Source: Babesia bigemina (taxonomy: Eukaryota). Taken from it: 64,000 nt of DNA. Position 1 is the stretch's first letter. The number at the start of each line of letters is the position of its first letter. Below are positions 20,457 to 32,445 of this stretch, in pieces. The position numbers and the translations under genes were made by a program. Under the pieces are notes generated by a model. It saw nothing but the letters and a program-made list of their open reading frames with translations. It was not told where the DNA came from and did no database searches. The DNA lies in the NCBI RefSeq assembly GCF_000981445.1, contig NC_027216.1, positions 1,860,001 to 1,924,000 of the forward strand. Direction: 5' to 3'.

Positions 20457-23078
20457 ATGGGGGTGAGACTGAGTTTACTACACCTCTGGTGCCTCATTTC
20501 GGTGCACCAAATCTACCGAGTTGACGGCTATGGCAGTGGCACGCTGTCGCTGCTGGGAGGAGAGATAAATCCGACTTACGACTTCTTCGGCGAGCTTGCG
20601 GTAGGGCTCTTTTTGCAAACCGATATACTTTGCAGGCGAATAACTCGCACAAGAAACATAACCACATTGCGGAAAGAGGGAACGGACATCATCACGGGCC
20701 GCACCATGGCAGTGAAGGCCATGGACATGAGCACCACCATGAACGGGAGGGGCACGAACATGGGACACATCACAAGATGATTCACGAGCACGGTAAAGAC
20801 GGCCACAATGCGCATAATCAAGCCCATTCAAAGCATCACCACAACCATGCTGGCGGCGCCGACGAACACTCCGGCCACCACGAAGCGGGCCACCATGGGC
20901 ATTCGAAGCATCACGCGAGCTTTTGCGAAACGCACAACTGCCCGGGCGGTCGCAAGGGAGTCAGGTTAGATGAAACAGGTGGACTGCCGTTGTTCCCTTC
21001 CTTTCTGGCATCAGACATACCCGGCTTTTTGGAGAGCCGCAACTTCCTCTACGAGCCGTCCCATGCAGGTTGGCAACACCGCCAAATAGACTAACATATT
21101 TGCAGCAATAGCCACAATTCCAGTTCACCCGCATCAATTTCTGGAGCGGGAGAGTGAGGCACACGATGTTGCTAAACACGAAAGCGCAAAGGATGGATCT
21201 GGACATCACGGCAGTGCCAAGCATGAAAATGTAGAGCACGGCGGAGACCCACAGCACAAATCTAAGTCGGAGGAAGCCGGCAATGGCCATAACAAATCCC
21301 ATTCGTCATCCAAAGATGAGGATGAGGAATTTGAGGACGAGGGCGACGATGAGTATTTGAAAGATGACTACGACGACGAGGACGACGAAGGCGAGGAAGA
21401 GGGATATGATGATGAATATATGGAGGACGACCTAAATGAAGACAAAGAATCCGGTCACGACAATGTTCCCGTATGCAAGCTTGCACCTGTCGGAAATCAT
21501 CCCAAGGATGGAAATGTCGTTCAAGGTGCCGAAGGACAGCAGTCGGGGACCCAGGGCGCCACCGACGCGCAACAGTCCATAAATGCTACCCACACAGAGC
21601 ATGCCGACGCTGCCACTGCAGGGGAACACATTGCGGGAGGGAACATTCGTGTGGACAAGCATACAGGCCTTGCCTGCAGGATTCGCCCGGAGGGGCACAG
21701 CGATGGAGCGGAGCAGCACACGGAAACTGCGCCATTGAATTCCCATCACGAGGACATGGATATCCGCAGCCACAACTCTGAGAATGCATCTGCGGCGACG
21801 GAATTGAATGCGCCGAAAGCTGCCGGGGATACCGCTGACGACGCCCATCACCAGGAGGGGTCAGCCGTTAACACTAATGAAAGCAGTGAACATACGGAAA
21901 AGAGCGAGAATACCGGTTCAGAGCACTCTGCTGACCAATCTACGGCTGCTTCAGTTAACGACAGTTCCGCCGATACGTCACACGAGAAGGAATCCGGCGC
22001 TGCAGATGAAGTCGACGCAGAGGATTCCAAGGGCGACCATAACACCGTCGACGAGGAGCATCACGAGGACGCTGAGAGCACGGATTCCGATCACAAAACC
22101 GCATCAGAGGAAAACGACAAGCAGGAGGAACATGATGATGAAGAAGCTAATCATGACGGTAAGGTTAATGATGAGGCGCAGGAACACGACGGCAAGCACG
22201 CGAGCGAAGAAGATGATGAGGAGTTCGACGATGAGGACGACGTAAAAAACGCGTCCGCAAAGGAAGAGGACGCAAATGCATCAAAAGAGGAAAACAAATC
22301 GCACCCAGAGGGCACCAGCGCGTCGGCCGAACATGCAAACTCTGATTCCTCCAAATCCAAGATGGATGCCGATGAGGAATCTGCAGACGCAAAAAGTGAG
22401 GACGATGACAAAGAGGAAGCTGAGGACGCGGATGACGAAGAGGATGAGAAGCACAATGAAAAGGAGGAGAAACACGAGTCTGAATCCCATGAAGCAGAGG
22501 AAAAGTCGGATGGTGCTGAGCACCACGAGAGTGGCAAAGATTCTGCGAATGAAGCCGACGCGGCAAAGACTGACAGTAAGCCAGCAGAGAAGGAAGCCAA
22601 AGCTGATAACCCAACCATAAATGCCGACACCGCAAATGCTGGCGCCAACAAGCCCGAGGCAAATAAGGCAACTGCGCAGCCCGAATCTACCGTAATACAA
22701 TCTGCAGCATCCGCTATACCGCAAGATGTTGTAAACAAGGTTGAACCTATCGCATCGCCCACCGTAGACGGGAAAGCAGTCGCCGTTGCTACCGCCAAGC
22801 CGCTGGTAGATGAAAGCGCTATTCCGTACTGCTCCGGTATCGATTCAGACGAAGGTGCTGCGTCCGCATATAGCGAAGAAGGTGATGTGCAGTCCAGCAA
22901 GCCCGGTTCCACAAAGGAGGATGGGGAAGATGACAACGAAGAACGTGACGAGGAGGAGCACGAAGCCTCAGAGCACCAAGAGGAAGCAGAGGAGGGCGAA
23001 AACGGAAACCAGAGCAAAAATGACGAGGAGGAAGCAGATGAAAAAGAAGAGGAGGGGGAGGAGGTAGATGACGAATAA
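20457..23078 (+). CDS. Secreted His-rich then Asp/Glu-rich low-complexity protein (~849 aa, 3 exons)
   Basis: Hydrophobic signal-like N-terminus. Introns 20601-20635 and 21069-21105 join the track ORFs at 20457, 20630 and 21357 in frame. Confidence 0.85.
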
Positions 23079-24680
23079 TCGCATTATAAATAACAACGTG
23101 TCGCTTAATGTATAGCAACTGTGTTCATGCCATGCGCAACATGGTATTCCGTGTCTGTATTTCCAGCTGTCAATTTAATAGAAGTGGCTTTTTACGGCAT
23201 AGCACATCTCCACACAATGTATAAATCTATATAATGCCTTGCATTGCTGAAATAACAGCGCGTTTTAGATACACTTCGTTGGAGCATACATACCGACTTC
23301 GAAGGCAGACTGTAATGCCAACTGTTGTATATGCGTGTCTATATTGTTAAACGTTTTCTAATTGCTTCCGGGAAGCTCGTAGATAAATGCGAATCTAAAT
23401 TGGGGTGCTGTTCACGTGTTCATTAGAATACAAAATTCACGCAAAATCAAAGCGTCCCTGCGGTAACTCCATAAGCCACTGCATACATATATAGATATTG
23501 ATAAAGACGTATGTTTATACCCTGATGATCTTGAATATTGCAGAAATTATTGCATCTGTGGCGTTTTCATGCGTGACGGAATGGTTCATACGTATTGAAA
23601 TCAAAATAGTCGACTTCATAGTTGTCCATTGGCAATCTCCCCTCTGTACACAGTTAATGTAGTTAACTGTACTGTAACGGTTATCACTCAAGTAATGGCA
23701 TAAATCCAATCGGGTTGCAAAATAAGTCGGCAGGGCATGTGATATAGTGTATATGATTTAATTATCAGATTACTACATGAGATAGGCAATTCAACAACGC
23801 GTAATGTTTTTATAACCAATAATTCCGGATCATCCCATGGACACAAGTGGATTTTGGCAAGAATATGATGGTAGCAGATATTTAGACAAATAGATTATTG
23901 GGGAAAACAGCTATCTTCAAAATTGTCTCACCAAACCACATGGGTCCATAAAATTAGACATAAAATAAGGATAAACAATAGATTCTGATGTAGGTTAAAC
24001 GGAGAGCGTTCATGTTTGACAGGAAGTTCCCTATAATGACGTAGGCCAGTGGAGAAATAAAACACAGAGACCATTATGACTTTGTGAATGACCCAAGTGA
24101 CTAGACAGCATGTATGACACAAAAGACGCTCGGCAATAGAAGAGCTTGCGACTCGCAGCCAAGATCACCATAGTAAGGAATCATCCGCTTAAATGTGAAA
24201 ATTGATTCAAATTAGATGTATCATTGTAGCAAACAATCGTAGTTGAAACGCAGCATTGAACTACGTTGCGAAGGCTGTCGAAGGCAGTTACATAGTGTCA
24301 AATATAGCGGCTTTTAGACAGAATTCCACATATATTTTATACAAATATAGTTGTACTCATTTAACATATTCCATATGGAAGAATTGTTTTTTTACAGTTT
24401 CGTCACCTTTCGTCTAATGACAACATGTATGACTCTGGGGTACAGTGTAATGTGTATAAAACTGTATAGTCGTTCGGAACGAGTGTATAATAGCGCAAAT
24501 GTGATGCGGTATTCATTTCCGTATGCAATTCTAGATTATTTTTAGAAAATCATGATATGTCGTACCATTCACGGCACCGATACTTGATGTTTTTTTGTGT
24601 TGCATATAATATACGTTATTGATAACATTTTATTATAAAATCGTTTAGAAGTACCCTAGACTATATTTTGATAACAAAAA

Positions 24681-26301
24681 ATGGCGGAAGGGTCGTCAGG
24701 AAGTGATAATACTTCTGCACAATTGGATAGAAAACTTGAGTATGGACCGTTAGCAAAAGCACTCTACATATTGGTGTCTTTTTTTGAAGGCTACGACCAA
24801 CAAGTGTTGTCCATGTGTATGAGAACCTTTGAGTTGACATTGGGATTCTCACAGTCTCAGTTGTCTACGTTGGCAACGGTATCAACTATGTCCCGTATGG
24901 GTTGCTGCTTACTTTGGGGTTTACTGGCAGACCAGCATGATTCAAACCTTATACTTGGTGCTGGTCTTTTAGTGATGGGTATGGCTTCGATTTTCTTAAG
25001 TTCAGCGTCGCATTACAAAGTGGTAAGTTGCAATTGTTGCGGAATAGATACACTTGCAGATTGTGTTTTTGCGTTTCTTACACGGTTTTGGATTTGCCTG
25101 CGTTTACCCTGTACAACAAAAAATTGTTTCCGATTCGACAGAGTCGAAGGAAGCAGAAGATAAAAGGAAATCGGTAACAGAAAAAGGCACAAAGGGGGGG
25201 GCAGGATCACCGGGGACATCAGTAACACCTACATCTCCGGAAGCAGATACTGCAAAAACATCAAAGAAAAAGGAATCAAAGGAAGCTAGTACCATGTTCA
25301 CGGCTCTACAGGCTCTAAATTGCATTGGTCGTCTTTTATGCGCTGTGATAACTACGATAATCGCACGCAAAGTATTATTGGGTTATTATGGCTGGCGCAC
25401 TTCCTATGTAGTTTTAGGTTATGTATGGATATTGTTTGGTATAGGGATTCTATTTGGCTTGACACCTCTATGTCGAAACGAGGCTTATAAGTCCGACGAA
25501 AATTTTAAGGAGCTTTTAGAGGATGCGTTTTCAAACGCTTTTAGGAGGGCAACTACGTGGATATTGATATTGACGATATTCATCGCAGAAGCTCCAATGT
25601 CCGCGTTTAATTATATGACGATATACCTTCAATATTTAGGAGTATCTGACACAATGGCAGGCGTTGCAATTGCAGTTACATTGATTGGTGGCGCAGCGGG
25701 AAGTGGAGCTGGGGGGAAAATCATAGAGAAAATTGCGGATCTCGAAGACGGATTTGGTGAACTCGGTTGTGGAATCGCAGTGATGGTTGTCCGATTAGTG
25801 GTCTGTCTGTTGTTCTTCTTAGGGAAGCCACCGTGTGGAAAGTTGCTATGGTATCATTATGTAGAGTTGGCAACCCTTGGTGGAACATTAGTTACTGTTG
25901 GCGGAGTAGATAGGGCGCTTTTGAAGAGTTCGGTCGAAAATAAATCGCAGGCAACAGCGTCCGCGACAGTTAGAACCATATCTGGCATATCAAGTAGTAT
26001 AATTCTTTTCCAGGTTTGCGCATATTTGACCGAGAAGGTGTTCGGCTACGTACCATCTAGGGAGTCCTTTGAAACGATGGCAACAGATATTAAAGAGAGA
26101 AATGCTGAGGCTCTGAGGAAATCAATGATGTATATCATTTTGGCCGGCACATTGCTAAACGTTGTGTGCTATGTTGTGTTGTTTTTTACGTATAAAATGG
26201 ATAAGAAAAAAGTTGATGAGAACAATGCCAATCACAAAAAGAAAGTAGAAGAAAAACCAAAGCAGCTACAAGAAGGGTCGCAAAAATGTATGAAGAATTA
26301 A
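24681..26301 (+). CDS. Major facilitator superfamily transporter (~527 aa, 2 exons)
   Basis: Intron 25023-25059 (GTAAG..TTGCAG) joins two ORFs in frame. About 12 hydrophobic segments, motif-A-like WGLLADQHD, LRFLHGFG and YGWR. Confidence 0.92.
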
Positions 26302-27273
26302 GGAAATTATCGAATGAACGAGAACTTCGGCTTAGTAAACATGTGTGGTGTTCTGTTGAGATAATGAAGCATTTTGCGTATTAACTTATATATGCGACTT
26401 GTATGATACACGTATCAAGAGAACCGAATACTTAAATATCGGGCGATGCAATTGATGTTTAAAGTGTTGGCAGAAAATCTCTTTGTATGGTTTCAAAAGC
26501 AATGTTAATTCACTCGTAAGACATGTATTTCTAGTTTATTGAATGAAAAAATATGATTCCAGTACCACCACAAACATACGTTGCGTACCAATAGAAACAT
26601 TGAGATACAGATCCTAACAGAACTCCAATATGGGCAATTCCCATTAATGCGAATATTAGCGCAGAGAGGATTCTGTTTAAGAATGTCTCCACAAACGCCA
26701 ATGTGCGCGCAGATGCCCTCATCATGCAAGGTGCTACAGATCATCCATAACTAATGCTCAACACGAATAGGTGACAGCAATTGCTGAGTGCGATGCTGAC
26801 TAATCACAAGTATGTCGCGTTAACGAAATACGCTCTGGATGGCGCTGAGAAAGATCATATCGAGGCACTGATGAAGGACTTCCGCTTGCGCTTAATGTTT
26901 TATATACGTGGCGAGTTTAATGCTAAGATTTTATGGGTAGGAACAATTACCGGGTAAAACGCCTTTACAGCGGCTTGGAAGTTGACAGCGTTTCGTCACC
27001 TAAGCAACCACCAGATCCACATTTATACATGGCAGTGGCTAGTTAAAAAATTAAATCTGGCTATCCGAACCTGACGTAATTATTCTGGCATATAGTTTTC
27101 TGAATAACTTTTTAATTTACTTGTTGCCGTTCTGTTATATAACAGTATGATTACATCAGCGCTCCAGTTCTTTGCTACATAAACAAACAGGTTTTTCGCA
27201 CGCTAAGTCCCGAACAGCGTTAATATTACGCAGATATATGGAATAAACATGTACTGTGTGCGATCACGAGATA

Positions 27274-27447
27274 TTATTGGAGTTTAGGCTTGGAGTCACG
27301 GAATCCATCACGTATCTGGCTGAATATCTCGCCAAGACTTACGTTGTACTGTCTACCCATGATGTAGAGGACCAAGACAAGGAGGGCGGGAAATGCGATA
27401 AAGCCGCCAATAGCGGCGCCTGCGTAGCCTGCTTCTTCACCAGCCAT
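27274..27447 (-). CDS. 57-aa single-TM microprotein, copy 2 (MAGEEAGYAGAAIGGFIAFPALLVLVLYIMGRQYNVSLGEIFSQIRDGFRDSKPKLQ)
   Basis: Translated by hand. Paralog of 2554-2727 with the same length and the frame intact despite many substitutions. Confidence 0.75.
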   Translation of the reverse strand: MAGEEAGYAGAAIGGFIAFPALLVLVLYIMGRQYNVSLGEIFSQIRDGFRDSKPKLQ

Positions 27448-28201
27448 CTTCCCTTAACTTGTTTGCAACCAATCCTGCACAGCAACGAACTACGTACCTC
27501 CAACCTCGAACACCGTCGTCTAACTTACAAGATGTAGTACTTATATCAGCACACCTAGCATCCCAACTATCTTGTGCTGGGGTTAGGGTTATTCCCGATC
27601 TTGCAACCTTGGCATAGTGTGAACCCACGCATCTTACAAGTGCATATGTGAGGCATATTGACGTCATAATTAAGATAACACGGCATGAATATGTGCAATA
27701 TTCAAGAGTGTCCTTTCAATATGACTGGCCAGTGCTTGCGTGCCACGATCTGACTGCTCCACCGCATGCCTTGGCGAGCTGCCATTCACTATTACGATGT
27801 TAGTTGTCACATGTAATGGTATCCTTAAATGGCGTCTCTTTGTGGCTTACCCCAGCAATAAAGGCGGAGATGACTAGAATAATTCGTTACCCTACCGTCC
27901 ACCTAAAAAGTAACATGTCATCCAGTCAGATGATCCACAGGTCACTACATCACTTAAAATTACACTCATCACCTTCAGCATGATGAGTCATAAGCACGGG
28001 TCATAAAACAACTAACTCTTATAATTGTAAGAAAGATGTGAACTAGATTGCAGTTGCGATCATTAATCTCTGTCCGGTGTCTATCACAAACCGCTGCTAC
28101 TACACCGTGAATGTGAACTAAGCGCATCATTAAACGTGTGTGATGATACAAGTAGATTACGATATAACATGAACGCCTGGACACCGACCGGCATGTGTAA
28201 G

Positions 28202-28600
28202 TTACTGGAGATTCTTGCTTCCAAGTCCGGAGTACGTGGAAGTGTACCCGGTCCACTCGTATACCACTTTGGGTATCATGTAAGCCTTCGACTTTGTCTT
28301 GTAGATGATATAAGCGAAGGCGAGGAATATCGCAAAGATTAGAGCTCCGATGATGCACCAGAATACATTTGCAGATGCTGATTCACGTTTACTTATACAG
28401 CACCGGCACCCACATAGAGGTTCAGTGCATGGCTTATGCTTTGGTTCTAGACCACATTTGTGAGTTTTCGTGTCACATTTTTTCTTGCTCTTACACTGAC
28501 TCCCCTTACAAGAGTCACAACACCAGGGACAACAATTACACTGTTCATCAGTACACTGATTCCCTACGCAATTACACTTTTGCTCTGCTGCTGCTGCCAT
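28202..28600 (-). CDS. Small Cys-rich single-TM protein, copy 2 (132 aa)
   Basis: About 18 Cys, TM IIGALIFAIFLAFAYIIY, tail KTKSKAYMIPKVVYEWTGYTSTYSGLGSKNLQ matching copy 1. Confidence 0.85.
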   Translation of the reverse strand: MAAAAEQKCNCVGNQCTDEQCNCCPWCCDSCKGSQCKSKKKCDTKTHKCGLEPKHKPCTEPLCGCRCCISKRESASANVFWCIIGALIFAIFLAFAYIIYKTKSKAYMIPKVVYEWTGYTSTYSGLGSKNLQ

Positions 28601-30817
28601 CTTTCCCTCTTTTGACAATTAACCCAGAACAGCAACGAGAAACCTACTCAACGTTGCAGCAGTCGGGGTATGAACTGTTCACCCCTTCTATAAACTGTGG
28701 TTGTAATCGGTTATCGCATACATTAGAAATGCTATACGTTGCGACGCGTATTGGTAATTTGAATATCAACCCCTTGAATCAGCTATGCCAGGATACCACG
28801 CAGCTGCATGTGATGACGGGCATAAGAGGAACTAAGTCACATGCGTATCATATGTTCGAAGCATATATCCCACAGTCATATATTTGCTGTTTCATCCACT
28901 TGTAGCCGGCACTCAAAAATTCGGGTTGTCTACAACTCACATAAAACTGCGAATGCTGTTACGACTTGCCAATGCAGCATCCGAGGCTGACTCATAATAT
29001 TATGAAATTGTTCCACTTGAAACATCACTGATGCACAACACACTGGTCTGCGGTATAGCGTGTATCAATGGTCCCGTTGCGTGTATTACGAATCTGCCAA
29101 AACGACCTACTCCCCACCACCAAAACATTCACTATCCACGCTCACAATACTCTCTGAGTCCGATATGCCAGCCTGAATGTAATACTACTTTTGGGGTTTT
29201 ATGCAGTTCCAGTTGATCTGACAAGATTGTTATTACATGGTCTGAATGCCCAACCTGGTATGTACCAGGGGGCAACGCAGCTCCAATTACACCTTATACG
29301 GAGAGTTGCTCGTAAAATGCAATCTAATCACATTGGCACTCAGTATATCTTTTCATAACATGGGTTCTCGCGTATTACCTAATGCAGGCGTTTCTCTACA
29401 CCACGTGACTCGTTTTATACCTGCCATTCAAGCTGATAGCTGATCGAAGTGTCTCAATAAAATAATTATGAAGTTCCTTTTTTCGCTCTGTGAAAACGTT
29501 CCACAACTTAATGGCAACCCGTGATGCTATAAACATCATAAATGTTACTATTGTAACTACGATGGCCGTTGCTGGGGCTCTGCTGTATCATCTTAATATG
29601 GGCTAACCATCAGGCATTTGATGGCAACGTTGTTAGCAGCAGTAACGTAAATGCTATATGTGACAAGCATTTCGCATAAGTCTCTCATTAACATTAAATG
29701 CCCCAATCAGCCGGACTGAAAAGACACCTTAGAGGTGTGACCTCACCAGTGGAACATTCCATAATATGAGGCACGTTATCGTAGCTGTTAAGATATTATA
29801 CAGCTGTGCTATAGTCTGAACTGAGAAATCGCATTAGTTCTTTCCATCCGATCCGTTTCACTGAACCCTGCTTCAAGCACTGCTGCCGCTCTTGTGGTTG
29901 GGAAATGTTAAAAATAATAATCAACGTTGAAAGCAACGGATGTTATCACATTATGAATGTATCATAATGCAAAATAGTGAAGTTTCTGATAAGGCGTGGT
30001 AAACATCCACTTACGAGAATCGCACCCCGATTTGGAGAATCTACCTCAGAAGTTTGAATTCAAACACTTGGAGCATTTCCTGAGACAAAGGTATGCGTGC
30101 TTGGTCGATGATTATTTATCACTTTATAATGCTTTTCCCCACGCCATATGTGGTGATAGCAAGGCATAAAATAAGTTGAAGCGAGGCGGATTGATTTTTT
30201 TGTATAAGTGAAAGATTGGACCCCAACTCTTCGAATGAAAATAGCATTCATATAGCACTGTTCAGTATGACACTACACTGATGACATTGATGGCGAAAGA
30301 ACGCAACCTCCGCTTTCCGTAACTGTTGACGTCAAGGTGATGTTATACATTGTATCTTCGAGGAGAGGTTTGGGATCTCTCGGCTGAATGACAGCAGGTA
30401 TATATGATTATCGCTGGAATTCACATGATCATAACAGATGTAGCTAAGACAGTGAGTAGACAGTTCACCATAATTACTCATCACATCATGTTGCCCCGCG
30501 CCACTTACTGGAGTTGGCGAGGTACACCAGCATACGTTTCACATTTCAGTTCTAATACGAATTATAGCGTAAGTAAATATTATGTGAAATGGGTAACATT
30601 TTGCTTATTTGCTGTAACGGATATTTCATTGGTCCCTTCTTAACCGTTGCGCTCTGCATGTTGAACACCGCTTGCTTTAAACACTGTATATTCTACACAA
30701 TTTTACACATTGTGCAACAAGACAAACATATCGCCATGAATTGCTGATGCGGTGACTGAGGAATTGCACAGCCAACTGTTACCGCCTTCCGAGTACGTTG
30801 TTGAGCTCTTTACAGAA

Positions 30818-31573
30818 ATGGCTGTAATGACGGCGGAGTTAGCGGATGTGAAAACGGCGAATAAAACATGTTGTGGATGTAACAAACGATGGAGTGTAAG
30901 CGCTGAACACTTCTGCTGTATACCCGGTTGTCCGGGGTGTAAAATAATGTGCTCCACAAAAGGTAGATGTCATTGTAACGTTTGCGACTGCGGGTGCCAG
31001 AAAGATAATGATGTCAGAGAAGGCAAAACGCGTTGTTACCAGAGCACATCTAACGTTTGCCCCAAATGCAAGACGAAATGCAAAGATGTTCAAAATGGTG
31101 AAAGATGTATATGCTTCCTGTGCAACTGTGGATGCAATGGCGTGAATTGTGGCTGCTGTACTTGGTGTGCTTTTAACAACTGTACTGGAGTATGCGACCG
31201 AGAAGACAAACACAGCGAAAAATGTAAAGAAAACAAAGATAGCAAAAGCAAGGAGTATGAATCGGGCAAGTATTACTGTGACAAGCACTTAGATGGCAAA
31301 TGTATCGGCGGAATTTGCGACACAATCTACTACACCACCGGCACCTGCCGTGCGAAGTGCCAATACTGCGGTACATTATGCGGCCAACACGTGTTTTTCC
31401 TACAGTGCACCATAGGAGGCCCCATCATTGGAATCATACTAGTCAACATCGTAGTATGGTTGATGTGGCGTGACAAGGCGCTGAAGGCGGTAGATAAGAT
31501 GCGCCGCTCATTCGCCAATCGCCCCGGACTATTCAAAACACGCTGGATGGTACGGGGTTCCTTGAAAAATTGA
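30818..31573 (+). CDS. Large Cys-rich single-TM protein, copy 2 (251 aa)
   Basis: Paralog of 7321-8079 with the Cys scaffold conserved and the TM and tail almost identical. Confidence 0.88.
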   Translation: MAVMTAELADVKTANKTCCGCNKRWSVSAEHFCCIPGCPGCKIMCSTKGRCHCNVCDCGCQKDNDVREGKTRCYQSTSNVCPKCKTKCKDVQNGERCICFLCNCGCNGVNCGCCTWCAFNNCTGVCDREDKHSEKCKENKDSKSKEYESGKYYCDKHLDGKCIGGICDTIYYTTGTCRAKCQYCGTLCGQHVFFLQCTIGGPIIGIILVNIVVWLMWRDKALKAVDKMRRSFANRPGLFKTRWMVRGSLKN

Positions 31574-32040
31574 AACGTGGACAAACGCTACTCCGATTCA
31601 CGTACAAGGATAATGTAGCTTCACGTACAACACGTATTCAATGCAGCAGAAACTGCCGTATTAATGTAGTACATTTCATATGCTCATATTGATGTCCATC
31701 AAACATTGCTTGTCAGACATTTGAAAACCACAGTGCATATCGATATGGCATCACAACCACTCAAAAAATTAAAGTGCACCAACTACTATCAATAATCATC
31801 TACATTAAGCCAATAATCACGTCAATAACGATCAAGAATACAGACGCATCAAAATACGACCACATCAACTACGACAAAGGATGCACCACACTCAAGCCAA
31901 TACTCACATCACCGCCCACACCCATCACTCCAGACCAACCAAACAAGACAAACACCATGCACATCACCACCTACAACCGACCCAGCACAGGAAACACAAA
32001 GAACTCAAAATTAGGCGGACGCCAAGTCGCCGTGTCCGAC

Positions 32041-32237
32041 CTAACGCTGCGCGTAGTCACGCAGCATCAGACTCTTGCCGAGCAAGTGAACTGCTCGCAC
32101 CGACATCATCTCGCTCCACGAGAACATGTAGCGGCGTCTCAGAGCCAGCAGCTGCGCCAGCACGAAACCGTGTGCGCCGAATAGCTCCTTCTCACGTGAT
32201 TCCAGAACTATCGTTTCACGCTGGCAGATCTGGGCCA
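32041..32237 (-). pseudogene. Duplicated 3' fragment of the kinase gene (last ~65 codons)
   Basis: Matches 8467-8663 with 6 differences counted by eye in 197 bp. It contains no kinase domain. Confidence 0.9.
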
Positions 32238-32445
32238 TCGCCACTCACTACTCCTGCATTTTGAGGCGTGAAATTATCATGTACTGCGTCAAAATCACAT
32301 CTGAACAAGTTTAACACGTAAGAATAACCATCACAATAAATCTGTGGTAACCGATAAGAGTTTGTATCTTTTCGACATTATTGCTTGTGTTTCACACTTT
32401 TGACCATTGTGAGTTGCTATTTGTTTGATGAAGTCTATTACGAAA

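Larger units (their letters stand above)
27271..32237. repeat. Segmental duplication, copy 2
   Basis: Same blocks and order as 2551-8663. Homology stops abruptly after CAGATCTGGGCCA (8663/32237). Confidence 0.95.

Noticed and set aside
29511..29606. 31-aa hydrophobic ORF MATRDAINIINVTIVTTMAVAGALLYHLNMG
   Set aside because: It is too short, has no counterpart in copy 1, and is expected by chance.
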